64,000 bases of DNA from Mobula hypostoma (taxonomy: Eukaryota): positions 57,910,001 through 57,974,000 of the forward strand of contig NC_086097.1 in NCBI RefSeq assembly GCF_963921235.1, read 5' to 3'. The notes under the pieces were generated by a model. It saw only the letters and a list, made by a program, of their open reading frames with translations, did not search any database and was not told the DNA's origin. Positions 12,720 through 23,505 of the stretch are shown one piece after another. A program made the translations under genes and the position numbers. Positions within the stretch are counted from its first letter, which is position 1, and every line of letters begins with the position of its first letter.

Positions 12720-14058
12720 GTGTGGATACTAGCGGGGTGGAGAGCTGGTATGCCTCCGTGGGGTTACTGGTAACTAATGCGTGTGTGTTGAGTGGGGTAG
12801 ATATTCGTACCCTGGATGAATTGTTAACTTGACTTTTGAGTACGGTTAAAGCTGTTAGTACAGTTGAGGTCGTAGCGCGGAGATTTGATAAAATGGCGGG
12901 CTCAGACCTTGTTTTAGTTCAGACTAGTGCTGACGTAACGGCGGTGGGACTGCCGGCGTCTATCGATGCCCCAGGTGAGGTGGGGCCATGGCCTGTCCAT
13001 ACTGCCAGGGAGGAGGGGAATGTAGCAGAGTGGCCGAGTCACAAGTTGAACTTCCCGTAGCTGGGAGCGGAAACTTCAAAGACAGGGTTCTATCGTTTCT
13101 GAGGAGTGAGGGGAAGGAGTGGTCGGATTTGGAATGTCTATTTAGTCCCCGTCCCCCAGTTAAGAGTGAGAGTTCTGAGCTGGCATCAGCCCTTACCCCT
13201 CTGGTGAACAAGTGGCCCAGTGCACAGACGGAGGGTTCCCAATGGAAGCTAAGAATATTCTCTAGAATAACGTCCACCCCGGAGGGGATGAGGAATATGA
13301 GACTTGGGTGGAGCAGACCTATCAGTTGTTAGATGAGTGACAGTGCTCTAATGACATAAAGCGACAGATTGGTTGAAAGCTTGAAGGGGTTGGCTGCTGA
13401 CATGGTGAGAGCTGTGAGAACTTGCCATCCCTCAGCTGGCCTTGCTGAGTATCTGGGCGCATTGGAGAGCGCTTTTGCTATGACAGGGAGCCTACTGAGC
13501 TCATGGTGGGGTTTCAGAACATGTGTCAGGAGAAGGGGAGAAGCTTTCTGCTTATATTTTTTGGCTAGAGAGGCAGCTAAATTGTTTGTGACACAGGGGG
13601 GTCATTCAGGCGGCTGAGGTGGATCAGTGAAGAATGGACCAGTCCCAGGACATGATTGCTTGGGGTCTCCGACAGTCCTGTGCTCCCCCCTCATTTGTTG
13701 AGCTGATCAGAGAGGTATGGGAGGAGGAGAACATGTCGGAGGCGGGGAGGGCTCTGTCAGCAGGGTACGGTCCTTGGTAGTAGCCCCTTATGGTGAAGTG
13801 ACTGCGGCTAGCCCAACCCAGGGGATGGTAAAGAAGATTGTGGCAGAGCTGAGAACTGAGGTGTTCCGGATGTTAACAGTGGGTGTGGTGGACCACCCGC
13901 CCTCCGTATGATAGTACTGGTAGAGAGGGGGACCCCTGAAGGGGACGGACTATGCAGAGGGCTGCGGGTGGCTGGAGTTCTGTGGAAAGCAGGGGAGCGG
14001 CCTATATTGTCAGTTACAACTGTGGTGAAGAGAGACACTTCAGGCGGGAATATGAGTA
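12720..14058 (+). pseudogene. PNMA/MOAP1-like Gag (disrupted); its C-terminal tail resumes at 21312-21390
   Basis: WKLRIFS..TPEG, EEYETWVEQ, LVESLKGLAADMVR and YLGALESAF resemble the PNMA capsid domain; degenerate Zn knuckle YNCGEERHFRRE. Confidence 0.85.
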
Positions 14059-14603
14059 ATAGACAATAGACAATAGACAATAAGTGCAGGAGTAGGTCAT
14101 TCGGCCCTTCGAGCCAGCACCGCCATTCACTGTGATCATGGCTGATCATCCACAATCAGTATCCAGTTCCTGCCTTCTCCCCATAACCTTTGATTCCGCT
14201 ATCTTTAAGAGCTCTATCCATCTCTTTCTTGAAAGCATCCAGAGACTTGGCCTCCACAGCCTTCTGGGGCAGAGCATTCCATATATCCACCACTCTCTGG
14301 GTGAAAAAGTTTTCCCTCAACTCCGTTCTAAATGGCCTACCCCTTATTCTTAAACTGTGGCCTCTGGTTCTGGACTCACCCACCAGCGGGAACATGCTTC
14401 CTGCCTCCAGCGTGTCCAATCCCTTAATAATCTTATATGTTTCAATAAGATCCCCTCTCAGCCTTCTAAATTCCAGAGTATACAAGCCCAGTCACTCCAA
14501 TCTTTCGACAGATTCGAAGAAGGAGTCTGAGAGTCTGAGTGGGAGTGCCGAGAAAGAGATTTTTGAAATTTTCGTTATTTTTTTTTCTCCAACGGCTTTC
14601 TGA

Positions 14604-14660
14604 GAGGCGGGACTGCGCAGGCGTGTGACGTCGGGCAGTGCAGTGCGGCAGATTTAAAAG
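14604..14660 (+). promoter_or_regulatory. Candidate internal Pol II promoter of the CR1 5' UTR
   Basis: Clustered GC box (ggcggga), NRF1-like tgcgcaggcg, CRE-like tgacgtc and tttaaaa. Confidence 0.45.
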
Positions 14661-14823
14661 GAACAAAGCCTCATAGAGCGGGCAGCGTAGTTTGCGGGCT
14701 GCGGAGTGAGCCGGGAGCAGAGTGAAGACTTAAGGGCTTCGGCTCAATGGGCTTAGGCGGAGATGGGCGAGGCGAGGAAGGTTTGACATTCATTTTCTGT
14801 TGCTATTTGAGGAGAGGGGCAGT

Positions 14824-15759
14824 ATGAGTGTGAGGGCAGTTTGCTGTTCTCGGTGTCGGATTTGGGAGGCCCTGGAGTCTCCAAGCCTCCCAGACGTCTA
14901 CATCTGCGCCAAGTGCATCGAGATACAGCTCCTAAGGGACCGCGTTACGGAACTGGAGCTGCAGCTCGATGACCTTCGTCTGGTCAGGGAGAGCGAGGAG
15001 GTGATAGAGAGGAGTGTAAGGCAGGTGGTCACGCCGGGGCCACGGGAGGCAGACAAGTGGGTCACGGTTAGGAGGGGGAAGGGGAAAAGTCAGGTGATGG
15101 GGAGTACCCTGGTGGCTGTTCCCCTTAACAACAGGTACTCCTGTTTGAGTACTGTTGTGGGGGACAACTTACCCGGGGGAAGCGACAGTGGCCGTGCTTC
15201 TGGCACAGAGTCTGGCCCTGTAGCTCAGAAGGGTAGGGCAAGGAAGAGGAGGGCAGTTGTGATAGGGGACTCGATAGTAAGGGGGTCAGATAGGCGATTC
15301 TGTGGACGCAGTCCAGAGACCCGGATGGTAGTTTGCCTCCCTGGTGCCAGGGTCCGGGATATTTCTGATCGTGTCCAAGATATCCTGAAGTGGGAGGGTG
15401 AGGAGCCAGAGGTCGTGGTACATATAGGTACCAATGACATAGGTAGGAAAAGGGATGAGGTCCTGAAAGGAGAATATAGGGAGCTAGGAAGGGAGTTGAG
15501 AAAAAGGACCGCAAAGGTAGTAATCTCGGGATTACTGCCTGTGCCACGCGACAGTGAGAGTAGGAATGTGATGAGGTGGAGGATAAATGCGTGGCTGAGG
15601 GATTGGAGCAGGGGGCAGGGATTCAAGTTTTTGGATCATTGGGACCTCTTTTGGCGCAGGCGTGACCTGTACAAAAAGGGCGGGTTACACTTGAATCCTA
15701 GGGGGACCAATATCCTGGCAGGGAGATTAGCGGGGGCTACTGAGGTGACTTTAAACTAG
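14824..15759 (+). CDS. CR1 ORF1p: Cys-rich zinc finger, leucine zipper and SGNH esterase
   Basis: Uninterrupted ORF; CSRC...CAKC, heptad leucines, VIGDS, VHIGTND and GGLH (the DxxH Asp is Gly here). Confidence 0.93.
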   Translation: MSVRAVCCSRCRIWEALESPSLPDVYICAKCIEIQLLRDRVTELELQLDDLRLVRESEEVIERSVRQVVTPGPREADKWVTVRRGKGKSQVMGSTLVAVPLNNRYSCLSTVVGDNLPGGSDSGRASGTESGPVAQKGRARKRRAVVIGDSIVRGSDRRFCGRSPETRMVVCLPGARVRDISDRVQDILKWEGEEPEVVVHIGTNDIGRKRDEVLKGEYRELGRELRKRTAKVVISGLLPVPRDSESRNVMRWRINAWLRDWSRGQGFKFLDHWDLFWRRRDLYKKGGLHLNPRGTNILAGRLAGATEVTLN

Positions 15760-18700
15760 AATGGTTGGGGGGTGGGAATCAAATTAAAGAGGCTAGGCGT
15801 GAGGAGGTTAGTTCACAACAGAGGGATGGGAACCAGTGCAGAGAGACAGAGGGGTGTAAAGTGAGCGTAGAAGCAAAAAGTACAAAGGAGAAAAGTAAAA
15901 GTGGCAGGCCGACAAATCCAGGGCAAGCATTAAAAAGGGCCACTTTTCAACATAATTGTACAAGGGCTAAGAGAGTTGTAAAAGAGCGCCTGAAGGCTTT
16001 ATATGTCAATGCAAGGAGCATTCGTAATAAGGTGGATGAATTGAAAGTGCAGATTGTTATTAATGATTATGATATAGTTGGGATCACAGAGACATGGCTC
16101 CAGGGTGACCAGGGATGGGAGCTCAACGTTCAGGGATGTTCAATTTTCAGGAGGGATAGACATGAAGGAAGGGGAGGTGGGGTGGCATTGCTGGTTAAAG
16201 AAGAGATTAACGCAATAGAAAGGAAGGACATAAGCCGGGAAGATGTGGAATCGATATGGGTAGAGCTGCGTAACACTAAGGGGCAGAAGACACTGGTGAG
16301 AGTTGTGTACAGGCCACCTAACAGTAGTAGTGAGGTCGGAGATGGTATTAAACAGGAAATTAGAAATGTGTGCAATAAAGGAACAGCAGTTATAATGGGT
16401 GACTTCAATCTACATATAGACTGGGTGAACCAAATTGGTAAAGGTGCTGAGGAAGAGGATTTCTTGGAATGTATGCGGGATGGTTTTTTGAACCAACATG
16501 TCGAGGAACCGACTAGAGAGTAGGCTATTCTGGACTGGGTTTTGAGCAATGAGGAAGGGTTAATTAGCGATCTTGTCGTGAGAGGCCCCTTGGGTAAGAG
16601 TGACCATAATATGGTGGAATTCTTCATTAATATGGAGAGTGACATAGTTAATTCAGAAACAAAAGGTTCTGAACTTAAAGAGGGGTAACTTTGAAGGTAT
16701 GAGACGTGAATTAGCTAAGATAGACTGGCAAATGACACTTAAAGGATTGACGGTGGATATGCAATGGCAAGCATTTAAAGGTTGCATGGATGAACTACAA
16801 CAATTGTTCATCCCAGTTTGGCAAAAGAATAAATCAAGGAAGGTAGTACACCCGTGGCTGACAAGAGAAATTAGAGATAGTATCAATTCCAAAGAAGAAG
16901 CATACAAATTAGTCAGAGAAAGTGGCTCACCTGAGGACTGGGAGAAATTCAGAGTTCAGCAGAGGAGGACAAAGGGCTTAATTAGGAAGGGGAAAAAAGA
17001 TTATGAGAGAAAACTGGCGGGGAACATAAAAACGGACTGTAAAAGCTTTTATAGATATGTAAAAAGGAAAAGACTGGTAAAGACAAATGTAGGTTCCCTG
17101 CAGACAGAAACAGGTGAATTGATTATGGGGAGCAAGGACATGGCAGACCAATTGAATAATTACTTTGGTTCTGTCTTCACTAAGGAGGACATAAATAATC
17201 TTCCAGAAATAGTAAGGGACAGAGGGTCCAGTGAGATGGAGGAACTGAGTGAAATACATGTTGGTAGGGAAGTGGTGTTAGGTAAATTGAAGGGATTGAA
17301 GGTAGATAAATCCCCAGGGCCAGATGGTCTGCATCCTAGAGTGCTTAAGGAAGTAGCCCAAGAAATAGTGGATGCATTAGTGATAATTTTTCAAAACTCG
17401 TTAGATTCTGGTCTAGTCCCTGAGGTTTGGAGGGTGGCTAATGTAACCCCACTTTTTAAAAAAGGAGGGAGAGAGAAACCGGGGAATTATAGACCGGTTA
17501 GCCTAACGTCGGTGGTGGGGAAACTGCTGGAGTCAGTTATCAAGGATGTGATAACAGCACATTTAGAAAGCGGTGAAATGATCGGACAAAGTCAGCATGG
17601 ATTTGTGAAAGGAAAATCATGTCTGACGAATCTCATAGAATTTTTTGAGGATGTAACTAGTAGAGTGGATAGGGGAGAACCAGTGGATGTGGTATATTTG
17701 GATTTTCAAAAGGCTTTTGACAAGGTCCCACACAGGAGATTAGTGTGCAAACTTAAAGCACACGGTATTGGGGGTAAGGTATTGGTGTGGGTGGAGAATT
17801 GGTTAGCAGACAGGAAGCAAAGAGTGGGAATAAACGGGACCTTTTCAGAATGGCAGGCGGTGACTAGTGGGGTACCGCAAGGCTCAGTGCTGGGACTCCA
17901 GTTGTTTACAATATATATTAATGACTTGGATGAGGGAATTAAATGCAGCATCTCCAAGTTTGCGGATGACACGAAGTTGGGTGGCAGTGTTAGCAGTGAG
18001 GAGGATGCTAAGAGGATGCAGGGTGACTTGGATAGGTTGGGTGAGTGGGCAAACTCATGGCAGATGCAATTTAATGTGGATAAATGTGAAGTTATCCACT
18101 TTGGTGGCAAAAATAGGAAAACAGATTATTATCTGAATGGTGGCCGATTAGGAAAAGGGGAGGTGCAATGAGACCTGGGTGTCATTATACACCAGTCATT
18201 GAAAGTGGGCATGCAGGTACAGCAGGCGGTGAAAAAGGCGAATGGTATGCTGGCATTTATAGCGAGAGGATTCGAGTACAGGAGCAGGGAGGTACTACTG
18301 CAGTTGTACAAGGCCTTGGTGAGACCACACCTGGAGTATTGTGTGCAGTTTTGGTCCCCTAATCTGAGGAAAGACATCTTTGCCATAGAGGGAGTACAAA
18401 GAAGGTTCACCAGATTGATTCCTGGGATGGCAGGACTTTCATATGAAGAAAGATTGGATGAACTGGGCTTGTACTCGTTGGAATTTAGAAGATTGAGGGG
18501 GGATCTGATTGAAACGTATAAGATCCTAAAGGGATTGGACAGGCTAGATGCAGGAAGATTGTTCCCGATGTTGGGGAAGTCCAGAACGAGGGGTCACAGT
18601 TTGAGGATAGAAGGGAAGCCTTTTAGGACCGAGATTAGGAAAAACTTCTTCACACAGAGAGTGGTGAATCTGTGGAATTCTCTGCCACAGCAAACTGTTG

Positions 18701-18798
18701 AGGCCAGTTCATTGGCTATGTTTAAGAGGGAGTTAGATATGGCCCTTGTGGCTACAGGGGTCAGGGGGTATGGAGGGAAGGCTGGGGCGGGGTTCTGA
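15750..18798 (+). pseudogene. CR1 ORF2p (APE endonuclease and RT) with three lesions
   Basis: NARS, GITETW, GDFN, SDH, FADD; TAG at 16521, +1 A near 16661-16664, TGA at 18169. Confidence 0.95.
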
Positions 18799-21365
18799 GT
18801 TGGATGATCAGCCATGATCATAATAAATGGCGGTGCAGGCTCGAAGGGCCGAATGGCCTACTCCTGCACCTATTTTCTATGTTTCTATGTTTCTATATGA
18901 CAGTCCCGCCATCCCAGGAATTAACCTTGTGAACCTACGCTGCACTCCCTCAATAGCAAGAATGTCCTTCCTCAAATTTGGAGACCAAAACTGCACACAG
19001 TACTCCAGGTGTGGTCTCACCAAGGCCCTGTACAGCTGCAGAAGGACCTCTTTGCTCTTATACTCAATTCCCCTTGTTATGAAGGCCAGCATGCCATTAG
19101 CTTTTTTCACTGCCTGCTGTACTTGCATGCTTTCTTTCAGTGACTGATGTACAAGAACACCTAGATCTCGTTGTGCTTCCCCTTTTCCTAACTTGACTCC
19201 ATTTAGATAATAATCTGCCTTCCTGGTCTTACCACCAAAGTGGATAACCTCACATTTATCCACATTAAACTGCATCTGCAATGCATCTGCCCACTCACCC
19301 AGCCTGTCCAAGTCACCCTGCATTCTCATAACATCCTCCTCACATTTCACACTGCCTCCCAGCTTTGTGTCATCAGCAAATTTGCTAAGGTTACTTTTAA
19401 TTCCCTCATCTAAATCATTACTATATATTGTAAACAGCTGCGGTCCCAGCACTGAACCCTGCGGTACCCCACTGGTCACCACCTGCCATTCCGAAAGGGA
19501 CCCGTTAATCGTTACTCTTTGTTTTCTGTCAACCAGCCAATTTTCAGTCCATGTCAGTACTCTGCCCCCAATACCATGTGTCCTAATTTTGCCCACTAAT
19601 CTCCTATGTGGGACTTTATCAAAGGCTTTCTGAAAGTCCAGGTACACTACATCCACTGGCTCTCCCTCATCCATTTTCATAGTTACATCCTCAAAAAATT
19701 CCAGAAGATTAGTCAAGCACAATTTCCCCTTCATAAATCCATGCTGACTTGGACCAATCCTGTTACTACTATCCAGATGTGTCGTAATTTCATCTTTTAT
19801 AATTGACTCCAGCATCTTTCCCACCACCGACATCAGGCTAACGGGTCTATAATTCCCTGTTTTCTCTTTTCCTCCCTTCTTGAAGAGAGGGACAACATTA
19901 GCCACACTCCAATCCACAGGAACTGATCCTGAATCTATAGGACATTGGAAAATGATTACCAATGCATCCACAAATTCTAAAGCCACCTCCTTAAGTACCC
20001 TGGGATGCAGACCATCAGGTCCCGGGGACTTATCAGCCTTCAGACCCAACAGCCTATCCAACACTATTTCCTGCCTAATATAAATTTCCTTCAATTCATC
20101 CATTATCCTAGGTCTTTTGGCCACTATTACATCTGGGAGATTGTTTGTGTCTTCCCTAGTAAAGACAGATCCAAAGTACCTTTTCAACTCGTCTGGCATT
20201 TCCTTGTTCCCAATAATAAATTCACCCGCTTCTGTTTTCAAGGGCCCAATTTTAGTCTTAACTATTTTTTTCCTTTTCACATACCTAAGGAAGCTTTTAC
20301 TATCCTCCTTTATATTCTTGGCTAGTTTACCTTCGTACCTCATTTTTTCTCCGCATATTGCCTTTATAGTTACCTTCTGTTGCTCTTAAAAGTTTCCCAA
20401 TCCTCCGGCTTCCCACTCGTCTTTGCTATGTTGTACTTCTTCTCTTTTATTTTTATACTGTCCATTACTTCCCTTGTCAGTCATGGCCTCCCCTTACTCC
20501 CCTTAGGATCTTTCTTCCTCTTTGGAACGAACTGATCCTGCACCTTCCACATTATTCCCAGAAACACTTGTCATTGCTGTTCCACTGTCATCTCTGCTAG
20601 GGTATTGTTCCATTGAACTTTGGCCAGCTCCTCCCTCATAGCACCATAGTTCCCTTTGTTCAACTGTAATACTGACACCTCCGAGTTTCCCTTCTCCCTC
20701 TCAAATTGTAGATTAAAGCTTATCATATTATGGTCACTACCTCCTAATGGCTCCTTTACCTCGAGGTCCCTGATAAAATCCGGTTCATTGCACAACACTA
20801 AATCTAGAATTGCATTCTCTCTGGTAGGCTCCAGTACAAGCTGTTCTAAGAATCCATCTCGGAGGGACTCCACAAACTCCCTTTCTTGGGGTCCAGTACC
20901 AACCTGATTCCTCCAGTCTACCTACATGTTGAAGTCCTCCATAACACCTGTAGCATTACCTTTGCGACATGCCAATTTTAACTCTTGATTCAACTTACAC
21001 CCTACATCCAGACTACTGTTTGGGGGCCTGTAGATAACTCCCATTAGGGTCTTTCTACCCTTAGAATTTCTCAGTTCTATCCATACTGACTCTACGTCTC
21101 CTGATTCTATGTCCCCCTTGCAAGGGACTGAATATCATTCCTCACCAACAGAGCCACCCCACCCCCTCTGCCCATCAGTCTGTCCTTTCGATAGGACGTA
21201 TAGCCTTGAATATTCATTTCCCAGGCCCTGTCCACTTGAAGCCATGTCTCTGTTATTCCCACAACATCATACTTACCAATTTCCAACTGTGCCTCAAGCT
21301 CGTCCACAGTAGCAGGAAGCCCCTCGGAGAGTGAGCCCCTGGGCACCGAAGCAGGGAGAGGTGTC

Positions 21366-21426
21366 GGGAAACTTAGAGGAGACCCAGTGAGGGAATGGCC
21401 TGGTGTCTCTGGGGGAACACATTCCC
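21366..21426 (+). promoter_or_regulatory. -1 ribosomal frameshift signal (G GGA AAC plus H-type pseudoknot) at the gag-pol junction
   Basis: Heptamer 21366-21372 in gag phase; stem 1 21378-21387/21400-21410; stem 2 gggaatg 21391-21397 with cattccc 21420-21426; pol lies in the -1 frame. Confidence 0.8.
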
Positions 21427-22700
21427 AGCAATGTACCAAGGAACCCCCAAAAGTGAAAGACTCTATTCCTGAAGGCTTAGTGGGACCATGCTCCAGTGTG
21501 TCACTAGGGATAGAGGGTATTTATGCTAAAGCCATACTCGACACCGGGTCGCAGGTCACATTGTTGTACCGTTCGTTTTACAACTGGTGTCTGAAATATT
21601 TACCATTGACACTTTTCAGGGCACTGGACATCTGGGGTCTCAGTGCTGGTGATTATTCATACGAAGGTTATTTGTCAGTGAAGCTGGAGTTCCCGGAGCC
21701 CGATGTGGGACTGTTGGAAGTCCTTGATACATTAGTGCTGGTTTGTCTGGATCCCACTGTTTCAATCCTGGTGGGGACCAACACCCCTCTTGTGAAGAGG
21801 CTCATGGGAGCCTGCAAGGAGAAGGCTGGCAAGAGCCGTCTGGGGACATCGTCTGTGCTCCCAGTGGTTCGAGCTGCTTTTGAGGAAGTGTGTGGCTGCA
21901 TTGGGCCGGATACCGAATTTAAACGATGGACTGTGTGGTTCACCCAGTTGAAGCCAATGGTGATACGGCCTGGGGAAGTAGCAAGAGTGATGAGGACCCC
22001 CCAATTTCCCGGAGTGCCTGAGGGTGAGGTTCTCTTAGTGGACGCTCCGGAAGACCACGAGGGAGAGTCGGGATTTCCTGCTGGGGTACTGGTGAGGCCC
22101 GAATTGCAGAAGCCCTCGGTTGTACAGGTGAGCAGGATGGCAGTGATTGTCAGGAACACTACGAAGAGGCAGGTCACCTTCAAGCGGGGGATGCCCCTGG
22201 CGCACCTGTTCCCAGTGATGGTAACGTCTAGTGTCCCTGTGAGCCGGAGTCTGTCGCCCTCTGAGAAAGACTATCCCACGCACAAGTTGGAATTTCTGGC
22301 GTTGAAATGGGCGGTGCTGGATAAGCTGAGTGACTACCTCTACAGGGCCAAGTTTGAGGTGAGGACGGACAACAACCCCCTAACTTATATTCTGACGTCA
22401 GTGAAACTGTATGCCACAGGCCATCGGTGGTTGGCAGCGTTGTCTGCCTGATTTCAGCCTGAAGTCCCAGCTGGGAAGCTGGAACATTGATGCTGATGCT
22501 TTGTCCCAATGGGTGCATGAGGGCCTGGACAGGGACGAGGAGTGGGAGAGCATTCCCGCCCCAGGGATGAAGGTCATGTGTCAGTTTGCCATCACCATGA
22601 AGGTAGAGGAAAAGAGGGGCAGGATCGAGTGGTAGATCAATTGGGAACTTCTGATGACACTATTCCCCAAGTTTACTGTAGCCTGACTGTTCTGAAGACA

Positions 22701-22810
22701 CACACATAAAAAATGCTGGTGAACGCAGCAGGCCAGGCAGCATCTATAGGAAGAGGTACAGTCGACGTTTCGGGCCGAGGCCTTTCGTCAGGACTAACTG
22801 AAAGAAGAGA
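22701..22810 (-). mobile_element. Penelope-like terminal fragment
   Basis: cacaca..aaaatgctgg..gcagcatc end shared with four other copies; 10-bp TSD TCTGAAGACA. Confidence 0.8.
22760..22795 (-). ncRNA. Minimal type I hammerhead ribozyme motif
   Basis: Minus strand AGUC-CUGACGA-aaggccucggccc-GAAAC-GUC-GACU. Confidence 0.75.
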
Positions 22811-23505
22811 TCTGAAGACAAATCAGCTGCTGGAATTGAGTTCTGGGGAAGTGGCAGCTGCTCAGCGAGATGACCTGGGCATTGTATCATTTGGTCAGCG
22901 GTCGAAAAGGGAGACATGGCTCAGGCAGAGAAGACAAAACATATGGCGGTATCTCCATTACTGAGAGAATGTCCCTGGTTGGAGTTGCGGAACCATATCC
23001 TATACCCGGTCATGTCACCCCTGGACCCTTATCAATGAATTCCAACGTGCACATTTGACTTTCTCCTTTTTTCTGTATATTTTCTTTACCATCCCTATAT
23101 TCAGATTAAGATTTATGAAGTTCAATCATTTAATTGCATATGGTGTACTGTCTGATATTTTGCGGTTCGGATTTGTAACTGGGCAACACGTCATGTAGCA
23201 TCCACACAAACGAGATTTCTCAGTTTGGCCAGGCCAGAGGCTGTCTTCCCCTGACCTAGACGAACACGTGCTGGCCGAACCTGAGGGTTACAAATATTTT
23301 CCATTTTGGCAGGAACTTAAACAAAAGAACTCTCATTAGCTCAGTTAACTTACATGTGAAATACTGTATATGGCAGATAAGCAGCCAGTGTTAATCTGCA
23401 AGCTGCTTTATGCAGATTATAAAGTAAGTGTCTAGTTAGTAGGAACTTATTGTCAGGAGCATAATCATAGCAAAACTCAAAGTAAATGTATTATCCAAGT
23501 ACATA

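Larger units (their letters stand above)
14511..18895 (+). mobile_element. Full-length young CR1 LINE (element A)
   Basis: GC-rich 5' UTR, ORF1, ORF2 and (ttctatgt)n tail; host reads cgaca|tatgac across the site, with no TSD. Confidence 0.97.
14059..21307 (-). mobile_element. CR1 LINE (APE + RT, 5'-truncated; pieces 14059-14510 and 18896-21307) inserted in gag
   Basis: ORFs 18877-20343, 20571-20873, 21107-21307 and 14156-14485; (ctattgt)n tail; probable TSD AGTA (14055-14058 and 21308-21311). Confidence 0.95.
21366..23027 (+). pseudogene. Gypsy pol remnant: aspartic protease joined to the RNase H C-half; RT and integrase deleted
   Basis: ILDTGSQVT, then SRSLSPSEKDYPTHKLEFLALKWAV and TDNNPL in ORF 21387-22451; no YxDD. 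Confidence 0.88.
11654..23292 (+). mobile_element. Gypsy LTR retrotransposon with PNMA/Ma-like Gag, carrying nested LINEs
   Basis: 5' LTR 11654-12209 (TGTAGC...GTTACA); 3' half of the 3' LTR at 23028-23292; 4-bp TSD AATA; gag, protease and RNase H remnants. Confidence 0.9.

Noticed and set aside
12720..14058. Domesticated PNMA-like host gene
   Set aside because: It has stops and frameshifts and sits between LTRs with PBS and pol remnants, so it is a dead transposon gag.
17706..18410. Recurrent antisense ORFs (MPPKWITSHL..., MNLLCTPSM...) in several copies
   Set aside because: Shadows of CR1 ORF2, shared only because the copies are related.
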